Shown here piece by piece: positions 56,790 through 64,000 of a DNA stretch of 64,000 bases; position 1 is the stretch's first letter, and each line of letters opens with the position of its first letter. The translations under genes and the position numbers were made by a program. This DNA is from Escherichia coli (GTDB taxonomy: Bacteria; Pseudomonadota; Gammaproteobacteria; Enterobacterales; Enterobacteriaceae): the NCBI RefSeq assembly GCF_051903065.1, contig NZ_CP178438.1. One strand, 5' to 3'. The notes beneath the pieces were generated by a model, which was not told the DNA's origin, ran no database searches, and saw only the letters and a list, made by a program, of their open reading frames with translations.

Positions 56790-59270
56790 TTACTGGCAAA
56801 TATAATTTCTACTTTCATCAATCTCTTTACCGAAGGTGATTGTGCATGAAAGTCCTTGTTGCTTATTAATTGCCACATTAACCGATGGCGGTACTTCATT
56901 GGTGCGAATAAATAACTGACTTCCCTGGCCGACAACGCCAATATTATGACCGTGGATATCATTGACTTCATAACCAAACGTTAATGGTTGCCCATCCGCT
57001 CTTAACGCTTTTATAAACCAGGGCTTGCGCTGATCGGTATCAAAATTAACCAGTACAACCGCGCCGCGATAAGGGGCGGCAATTTTCCGGTTGCCACGTA
57101 ATTCTGCTTCGCTATCGCTTTGCGACACATCCAGCATCAGGTGATTTTCCCGATAAGGTGTCATTCCGTCGTATACCACCACTCCATTACGGTTTGTTGT
57201 GCGATATTTTTGCCCATTGACATAGGCATCTTTAATTCCTGGCGCATTCATCACAGCAAACGTTTCGGAAAGACGGTTCGCCAGATTAACGCCACCCGAC
57301 CAGGCGACAATGCCCCCTGAAACACTGGCTCCAGCCTGTCGATAAGTACTCGACTGACTATAACTGCCATTCACTGTTGCCACCGGCGCGTTCCAGGTTA
57401 AATTCGCTCCAGCTGTCGTTTCATTTCCCTGATGTTGATGACTCAGGTTGACACCATAATTGAACTGTTCCCGACTCCCTACTGTTCCTGATAATCCCGT
57501 ATTATTTGAGGCAAACCCCTGATCATCAAACGTCGTTGAGTTAGACATATATATTTGCCGACGAGGCGTCGAAACGTCATCACCCCAATCAAAGGGAATC
57601 GATATAAAAATATTAAAACGTTTCTCTTCATGATGATTCTCGTCATAAGCCTGGCTTGCCGCGAGGGTATAGCTTATCCGTCGCAGGTTGTTGGAATAAC
57701 TCAACTGATAATCCTTACTACTGCCGCTACGCCCCCAGTAATCTCGCCATAACGTACTTAATGACACAGAACCCCAACCTTCTGGCAATGACTGGCTCAT
57801 ATTGGCGGAAAAGCTATTTTTGCGACCAAAATCATTCTGGTAATAATCGGCAATGTCATAGACATCGTTTTCATTACGGCGATAATTATCTTTATTGTTT
57901 GCCCAAACGTGATCATTAAATGTCCGGTAATCACGCGACGAATAACGCCAGGCCGCCAGACCAAAACGCGTCGACGTTTGGCTCACAAATTTGTTGTAGG
58001 CAATTTGATAACTTTGCCCGTCAAACACATCGCCGTTGTCTTGTTTACTATGCGACTTCGTGGCATCGACGGAAATGGCACCAATGCGTGTATTCCAGCC
58101 AGTCCCCAAAGTGAACGCGTAATAATTATTCGCGACCATCGAGCCACCATACAGCGTCAATAAGTTATTAAAACCACACTGATAACCCGCCTGGACAAAA
58201 TCACTTTGTTTGCTCGCCCCTTCAATATGGCTACGACCCGCCGCAAAATCATATTTCGACACGCCGGGTTGCAGCATATTTGGCACGGCTGCATAAGGCA
58301 CCAGATAGGTGGTTACCGAACCGTCCGCCTCTTTCACGCTGACATCAAGATCTGCTCCACCACCGGCCAACTGCAAATCTGTAATCGCAAACGGGCCAGG
58401 AGGAACCTCTTTCTGATAAACCACAAAACCATTCTGTTCAATAGTTATCAGCGCGTTACTCTGAGCAATCCCCTGCACCCGTGGCGTAAAATTTTGTTTC
58501 GAGTTAGGCAACATCTGCATATCACGAAACAACCGCACACCTCTGAAGCGAACAGAATCAAAAATATCGCTTGATGTGTACATATCACCCACGCGAAGCG
58601 TGCCGAGAAGTTGGGCAAATCCACGTTCCAGATACAGGGTATTGCTTTTCCACACCCCTGGATTGTTATTTGTTTTACTGAAACTGGCATCAGAATGCAG
58701 TTGCCACCCCAGTAAATTTAACCCGCTGTTAAAACGTACATATGTACTCTTACTATTACCCGACGCTTTATAGTCACTGTAATACTGACTCACATAATAA
58801 GAGGTATAAAACGCATTAATACCCCGCTCCCAGTTTTCCGGTGGAACATAGCCACTTTCCAGTTCTTCCACCCAGGCCTGCGGGACACTGAAATCGAGAC
58901 GAAAGACCCCGATATCCCAGGTATAGCTCCCACCCTGAACAAGTTGCTCAAATGTTAAACATTGCTTTCCACTGGCGAAGTTATCGGTGTTAATGCCTAA
59001 CCGCTTGATAATTTCCCTTGATAAACAAGTTTCTTGCGGGTTGTCTTTAACAATGATCTCATATTTCCCGCGCCATTTCTTATTGACATAAATATCGATG
59101 TCATACTGCCCCGGTAAGGGTTGATTATCATCAAGACGAATATTTGCAACCTGCTGGTCTTTCATTCCACCTATCATAAAATGGGTATCAAAGGTTTCTT
59201 CAGCTGCATAAGCTTCAATGCCGAGCAATAACGCTACGATTGCTGATGCAAGTGGGGTCATTCTCAACAT
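56790..59270 (-). CDS. yehB: Fimbrial outer-membrane usher YehB, ~826 aa
   Basis: Usher-family beta-barrel; start taken at MLRMTPLASA (track ORF 5 codons longer). Confidence 0.85.
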   Translation of the reverse strand: MLRMTPLASAIVALLLGIEAYAAEETFDTHFMIGGMKDQQVANIRLDDNQPLPGQYDIDIYVNKKWRGKYEIIVKDNPQETCLSREIIKRLGINTDNFASGKQCLTFEQLVQGGSYTWDIGVFRLDFSVPQAWVEELESGYVPPENWERGINAFYTSYYVSQYYSDYKASGNSKSTYVRFNSGLNLLGWQLHSDASFSKTNNNPGVWKSNTLYLERGFAQLLGTLRVGDMYTSSDIFDSVRFRGVRLFRDMQMLPNSKQNFTPRVQGIAQSNALITIEQNGFVVYQKEVPPGPFAITDLQLAGGGADLDVSVKEADGSVTTYLVPYAAVPNMLQPGVSKYDFAAGRSHIEGASKQSDFVQAGYQCGFNNLLTLYGGSMVANNYYAFTLGTGWNTRIGAISVDATKSHSKQDNGDVFDGQSYQIAYNKFVSQTSTRFGLAAWRYSSRDYRTFNDHVWANNKDNYRRNENDVYDIADYYQNDFGRKNSFSANMSQSLPEGWGSVSLSTLWRDYWGRSGSSKDYQLSYSNNLRRISYTLAASQAYDENHHEEKRFNIFISIPFDWGDDVSTPRRQIYMSNSTTFDDQGFASNNTGLSGTVGSREQFNYGVNLSHQHQGNETTAGANLTWNAPVATVNGSYSQSSTYRQAGASVSGGIVAWSGGVNLANRLSETFAVMNAPGIKDAYVNGQKYRTTNRNGVVVYDGMTPYRENHLMLDVSQSDSEAELRGNRKIAAPYRGAVVLVNFDTDQRKPWFIKALRADGQPLTFGYEVNDIHGHNIGVVGQGSQLFIRTNEVPPSVNVAINKQQGLSCTITFGKEIDESRNYICQ

Positions 59271-59285
59271 AGGCAGCTCCTGCAA

Positions 59286-59960
59286 TTAAATTTTGTCACT
59301 AATATAATTGCCGTGGTCATCGATAATGGTCAGATACCAGTTATTTGCATTATTACTTTTGACATTAACACTCTGACTTTCTAAGGGGGCAATCATAATA
59401 GTTTCATAATTGACTTTAACATTATTAGCTTTGACATCCGAAATCGTCACCCAATTAGCTGAGTCATTTTTTATCACCAATCCATTGCCACTGCGATTTA
59501 CCAGTAACTTTTTAAAGGTCGCTTTATTTACCGGAGCAATACCCGCCGGGCGGTAAAACAATTTGATTCTGTTTTGCATCGCAAACTTCAGTGCATTCTT
59601 ACCTTCTTGTTCTGGACTATTTGGTGGAATATCCAGAACATTCAGATAAAAAATGCTTTCTTTATTAGTGGGCAGTTTATTCGGCATAATTTTGATTTTT
59701 ACTTGCTGCCCGGAATTTGCCCCTATTTTTGCCACTGGTGGCGTTAACATGAAAGGAACCTGAATTTTTTCTGGTGGTAACGACGTATCGCCATCATCAA
59801 TCCACGCCTGCAGCAGCGAAGAACGGTTTCCCTGGTTCATCAACTGCACCATAACTTCTTTATTTTCTGCCGGGTAAATAATGCGCGTCCCGTAGATAAC
59901 AATTCCGGCATGTGCAGGAAGGACCATAGAAAAAATGAGTAAAGATAATAATCCTTTCAT
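59286..59960 (-). CDS. yehC: Fimbrial periplasmic chaperone YehC (PapD-like), 224 aa
   Basis: Signal peptide plus PapD-like fold; stop abuts the yehB start. Confidence 0.85.
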   Translation of the reverse strand: MKGLLSLLIFSMVLPAHAGIVIYGTRIIYPAENKEVMVQLMNQGNRSSLLQAWIDDGDTSLPPEKIQVPFMLTPPVAKIGANSGQQVKIKIMPNKLPTNKESIFYLNVLDIPPNSPEQEGKNALKFAMQNRIKLFYRPAGIAPVNKATFKKLLVNRSGNGLVIKNDSANWVTISDVKANNVKVNYETIMIAPLESQSVNVKSNNANNWYLTIIDDHGNYISDKI

Positions 59961-60040
59961 CTTAATGCCTCTTAAATTAAAAAGCCGCCATGGGGATAGC
60001 GGCCATGTTTATTACCTGGAGAAACTTGCAATTTTATTTA

Positions 60041-60583
60041 TTAATCCTGCGCCACACGCATAACCAGAGAAGATAACACATCACCTGATTGCACTGAGTT
60101 ATCTGTCAGTTTCAGGTATTTTGCTTTAAACGGAATAGCATATTGACCTTCCGCTGTTTTATAACTCTCAATATTAAAAGGTGCAGAAACATCCAGGACA
60201 TCGCTGTTATCACCTAAATAGAGATAGTAACCCACAGTATCGTTGCTACTGGCTATCGCCTTATCGTTACCAGTTATTTTATCGTTGGTAATCAACGAGA
60301 GTTTTACACCAGCAACTTCTTTCGGGCAGCTAATTTTTAACATGCTACTGGTTACACCGACTGCATCATCATAGGTAGAATATTTAGCTTTACCTTCAAA
60401 GACAGTGGTTGGTACAGTTGGCATATTAATACTTACTGAATCACCACCCGCTTCGAATTTACACGGAGATTCTGCAATATTTCCTTTAATGGTTAATGTT
60501 CCGGTATCAACGTCTGCAGCAAATACTCCAGCGCTCATAAAAAAAGAAGAAAAGACAGCGACAGCAATAATTGAACGTTTCAT
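60041..60583 (-). CDS. yehD: Major fimbrial subunit YehD, 180 aa
   Basis: Signal peptide and pilin-like C-terminal strand; preceded by a very AT-rich region. Confidence 0.8.
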   Translation of the reverse strand: MKRSIIAVAVFSSFFMSAGVFAADVDTGTLTIKGNIAESPCKFEAGGDSVSINMPTVPTTVFEGKAKYSTYDDAVGVTSSMLKISCPKEVAGVKLSLITNDKITGNDKAIASSNDTVGYYLYLGDNSDVLDVSAPFNIESYKTAEGQYAIPFKAKYLKLTDNSVQSGDVLSSLVMRVAQD

Positions 60584-60804
60584 AATATGTTCCTTAATAA
60601 AATTTATTTTTGGTTGTTAAGAGTCTGTATCTCTTGGAAACAAATTTCTCACATCAAAAAAGTTGCCGCAATGTAAACATATTGTTTTATTGATTTAAAA
60701 CAAATTAACCATTGCAATATAAATACAACAAATACTTAAGAGTATTAAATATTTATCGTATCTATTAATTAATGTAGATTTATGTAAATGGTATTGTTGA
60801 TATC

Positions 60805-60848
60805 AATAAAAAAGCCGAAATCATTTATATAAATGATTTCGGCTTTCT
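60805..60848 (-). terminator. Rho-independent terminator downstream of yehE
   Basis: Near-perfect 14-bp palindrome GCCGAAATCATTTA / TAAATGATTTCGGC; on the minus strand it is followed by TTTTTTATT. Confidence 0.6.
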
Positions 60849-60875
60849 AAATGCAATTAAAATCAGGTTGCCAAA

Positions 60876-61157
60876 TTAATCGTAGCGATTTAACACGATT
60901 CGACGTTTGCTATCACTACCTGCAACAACCACTTCTGTCGTTACACCTTTGACGGGCGAAGAAACCTGATGACGGGTATCGACATTATACGTTAACTGAC
61001 CACAATGCTGTTGAGGTTGACTATTAACCATAGCCATACTGCATGTTGGGGGACTGATCCTGCCATTAATCGTTAATGTGGCAGTCTCTGAAGAGAACGC
61101 GGGAGAAGCCAATCCATAGGCAAGAAAAATAATTCCTGACAGCCAATACTTATTCAT
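60876..61157 (-). CDS. yehE: Small secreted protein YehE, 93 aa
   Basis: 93-aa ORF with signal peptide upstream of the yeh fimbrial genes. Confidence 0.7.
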   Translation of the reverse strand: MNKYWLSGIIFLAYGLASPAFSSETATLTINGRISPPTCSMAMVNSQPQQHCGQLTYNVDTRHQVSSPVKGVTTEVVVAGSDSKRRIVLNRYD

Positions 61158-61346
61158 TGAACGTTATCCCTGTAGTAAAGGTTATGCCTGGATAGAATGA
61201 GTGCATAACAAACTATAGCTGTACATCCACTACACAGCACGAAGGATGATAATGAAGCATTGCCTGTACGATCAATCGACTTTGTAGAGTTTCGGACGAA
61301 GGTCCGCAGAATATTCGCAGTATTAAATAAGTGTTCATTAATGCGG

Positions 61347-61389
61347 CAAAAACAAATACACCGCATCAATGTAACATCTCTGCGGTGTA
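61347..61389 (-). terminator. Candidate rho-independent terminator downstream of apbC/mrp
   Basis: TACACCGCA / TGCGGTGTA stem (61357-61365 / 61381-61389); on the minus strand it is followed by TTTGTTTTT. Confidence 0.45.
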
Positions 61390-61418
61390 TGAAGAATAAC
61401 CAGAATGGTTAATAGGCG

Positions 61419-62528
61419 TTAGACCGCGCGGAAGGAAATCTCGCCTGGAATGACTTCACCCTGCCAGTAGAGCTGAGCTGCAACGCGGTCAGCCAGCTGG
61501 CGGTAGATAGCGGTAAATTCGCTCTCCGGACGGCTGATAACCGTTGGCGTGCCTTTATCGAGATCCTCACGTAAGGAAATATGTAACGGCATCTGCCCCA
61601 GCAGTTGTGTGTGGTATTTCTCTGCCAGTTTCTCTGCACCACCGGTACCAAAAATCGGTTCATGGTGACCACAGTTACTGCAAATATGCACACTCATGTT
61701 CTCGACAATACCGAGCACCGGAACCTCGACTTTCTCGAACATCACAATGCCTTTTTTCGCATCGATCAACGCGATGTCCTGCGGGGTGGTGACCACGACT
61801 GCACCAGTTACTGGAATGTTTTGCGCCAGCGTCAATTGAATGTCACCGGTGCCTGGCGGCATATCAAGCACCAGATAGTCGAGATCCGGCCACAAGGTTT
61901 CCTGCAACATCTGCATTAACGCCTTGCTCGCCATCGGTCCACGCCACACCATCGCATTGTCGTCAGTGACCAGATAACCAATTGAATTGGTTGCCAGGCC
62001 ATGAGACATAATCGGTGCCATATGGGTACCGTCCGGCGAAGTTGGACGCTGATTTTCTGCGCCCAGCATGGTGGGAATTGATGGGCCGTAGATATCGGCG
62101 TCCAGAATGCCGACTTTCGCCCCTTCCGCCGCCAGTGCCAGCGCCAGGTTTACCGCCGTGGAGGATTTACCCACGCCGCCTTTACCGGAACTGACCGCAA
62201 TGATGTTCTTCACGCCATTAATACCCGGCTGATTCTTCACGCGTTTTAAGGTGGCGATATTGTGCGACAGTTTCCAGTCGATAGCTTTCGCCCCGGTGAT
62301 ACGCAGCAGTTCGGCGCTACATTGCTCTTTTAACTCTTCAAACGCGCTATGCCAGACGAATGGCATAACCAGTTCCACATGCAACGTGTCGTCCATCCAG
62401 GCGACATGGTGCAACGCTTTCAGCGTGGTGAGGTTATGCTTCAGGGTTGGGTGCTGAAAATTGGCCAGTGTCCCGGCGACCATTGCGCGCAAGGCTTCTG
62501 GTGATTTGGCCTGGGATTGTTCGTTCAT
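61419..62528 (-). CDS. apbC: Fe-S cluster carrier ATPase ApbC/Mrp, 369 aa
   Basis: Deviant Walker A (SGKGGVGKSS) and CxxC motif (CSNCGHH); start taken at MNEQSQAK. Confidence 0.9.
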   Translation of the reverse strand: MNEQSQAKSPEALRAMVAGTLANFQHPTLKHNLTTLKALHHVAWMDDTLHVELVMPFVWHSAFEELKEQCSAELLRITGAKAIDWKLSHNIATLKRVKNQPGINGVKNIIAVSSGKGGVGKSSTAVNLALALAAEGAKVGILDADIYGPSIPTMLGAENQRPTSPDGTHMAPIMSHGLATNSIGYLVTDDNAMVWRGPMASKALMQMLQETLWPDLDYLVLDMPPGTGDIQLTLAQNIPVTGAVVVTTPQDIALIDAKKGIVMFEKVEVPVLGIVENMSVHICSNCGHHEPIFGTGGAEKLAEKYHTQLLGQMPLHISLREDLDKGTPTVISRPESEFTAIYRQLADRVAAQLYWQGEVIPGEISFRAV

Positions 62529-62659
62529 CCCGACTCCTTTTTTGTATAGATAAACCATCAGCTGATAGTTTACCTGAAGAATATAGAGAAGTACTTACTT
62601 AACATTTTCCCATTTGGTACTATCTAACCCCTTTTCACTATTAAGAAGTAATGCCTACT

Positions 62660-64000
62660 ATGACTCAAGTCGCGAAGAAAATTCTGGTGACGTGCGCACT
62701 GCCGTACGCTAACGGCTCAATCCACCTCGGCCATATGCTGGAGCACATCCAGGCTGATGTCTGGGTCCGTTACCAGCGAATGCGCGGCCACGAGGTCAAC
62801 TTCATCTGCGCCGACGATGCCCACGGTACACCGATCATGCTGAAAGCTCAGCAGCTTGGTATCACCCCGGAGCAGATGATTGGCGAAATGAGTCAGGAGC
62901 ATCAGACTGATTTCGCAGGCTTTAACATCAGCTATGACAACTATCACTCGACGCACAGCGAAGAGAACCGCCAGTTGTCTGAGCTTATCTATACTCGCCT
63001 GAAAGAAAACGGTTTTATTAAAAACCGCACCATCTCTCAGCTGTACGATCCGGAAAAAGGCATGTTCCTGCCGGACCGTTTTGTGAAAGGCACCTGCCCG
63101 AAATGTAAATCCCCGGATCAATACGGCGATAACTGCGAAGTCTGCGGCGCGACCTACAGCCCGACTGAACTGATCGAGCCGAAATCGGTGGTTTCTGGCG
63201 CTACCCCGGTAATGCGTGATTCTGAACACTTCTTCTTTGATCTGCCCTCTTTCAGCGAAATGTTGCAGGCATGGACCCGCAGCGGTGCGTTGCAGGAGCA
63301 GGTGGCAAATAAAATGCAGGAGTGGTTTGAATCCGGTCTGCAACAGTGGGATATCTCCCGCGACGCGCCGTACTTCGGTTTTGAAATTCCGAACGCGCCG
63401 GGTAAATATTTCTACGTCTGGCTGGATGCGCCGATTGGCTATATGGGTTCTTTCAAGAATCTGTGCGACAAGCGCGGCGACAGCGTAAGCTTCGATGAAT
63501 ACTGGAAGAAAGACTCCACCGCCGAGCTGTACCACTTCATCGGTAAAGATATTGTTTACTTCCACAGTCTGTTCTGGCCTGCAATGCTGGAAGGCAGCAA
63601 CTTCCGCAAGCCGACCAACTTGTTTGTTCACGGCTATGTGACAGTGAACGGTGCGAAGATGTCCAAGTCTCGCGGCACCTTTATTAAAGCCAGCACCTGG
63701 CTGAATCATTTTGACGCCGACAGCCTGCGTTACTACTACACTGCGAAACTCTCTTCGCGCATTGATGATATCGATCTCAACCTGGAAGATTTCGTTCAGC
63801 GCGTGAATGCCGATATCGTTAACAAAGTGGTTAACCTGGCCTCTCGTAATGCGGGCTTTATCAACAAGCGTTTTGACGGCGTGCTGGCAAGCGAACTGGC
63901 TGACCCGCAGTTGTACAAAACCTTCACTGATGCCGCTGAAGTGATTGGTGAAGCGTGGGAAAGCCGCGAATTTGGTAAAGCAGTGCGCGAAATCATGGCG
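62660..64000 (+). CDS. metG: Methionyl-tRNA synthetase, N-terminal part (3' end beyond window)
   Basis: ATG at 62660 opens [31 protein letters not shown] (HIGH motif); frame stays open to the window end. The minus-strand ORF 62717..63709 is antisense and spurious. Confidence 0.9.
   Translation, partial: MTQVAKKILVTCALPYANGSIHLGHMLEHIQADVWVRYQRMRGHEVNFICADDAHGTPIMLKAQQLGITPEQMIGEMSQEHQTDFAGFNISYDNYHSTHSEENRQLSELIYTRLKENGFIKNRTISQLYDPEKGMFLPDRFVKGTCPKCKSPDQYGDNCEVCGATYSPTELIEPKSVVSGATPVMRDSEHFFFDLPSFSEMLQAWTRSGALQEQVANKMQEWFESGLQQWDISRDAPYFGFEIPNAPGKYFYVWLDAPIGYMGSFKNLCDKRGDSVSFDEYWKKDSTAELYHFIGKDIVYFHSLFWPAMLEGSNFRKPTNLFVHGYVTVNGAKMSKSRGTFIKASTWLNHFDADSLRYYYTAKLSSRIDDIDLNLEDFVQRVNADIVNKVVNLASRNAGFINKRFDGVLASELADPQLYKTFTDAAEVIGEAWESREFGKAVREIMA

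Noticed and set aside
62717-63709. 330-aa minus-strand ORF
   Set aside because: Antisense to metG, whose plus-strand frame carries the HIGH motif and stays open to the window end.

Overview
This window is an Escherichia coli chromosomal segment with a K-12-like backbone: yegH(3' part)-asmA-dcd-udk-dgcE(yegE)-alkA-yegD-yegIKL-ibsA/sibA-ibsB/sibB-mdtABCD-baeSR-yegPQ-cyaR-yegR-yegS-gatRDCBAZY-fbaB-yegTUV-yegW-yegX-thiDM-rcnR-rcnAB-yehABCDE-apbC(mrp)-metG(5' part). Gene identities come from reading the supplied translations and recalled family motifs; no database search was run. Against the K-12 MG1655 arrangement as I recall it, four things differ: (1) an IS110/IS1111-family element between yegH and asmA with a structured non-coding 3' region; (2) a ~7 kb P22-like prophage remnant between ibsB/sibB and mdtA, carrying a gtrABC O-antigen glucosylation module, a tailspike gene broken by frameshifts, and an IS481-family element sitting ~65 bp upstream of the BaeR box of mdtA; (3) an IS150-like IS3-family element inserted into a REP palindrome upstream of gatY; (4) no ogrK/yegZ P2 remnant after cyaR. 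gatR is intact, but gatZ has a +1 frameshift in an A7 run. The yegD / yegL-yegK-yegI block (Hsp70-like ATPase beside a vWA-PP2C-kinase triad) is the best candidate for an uncharacterised system here. No rRNA, tRNA or CRISPR array was recognised. Homopolymer frameshifts (gatZ, tailspike) could be sequencing errors rather than biology.
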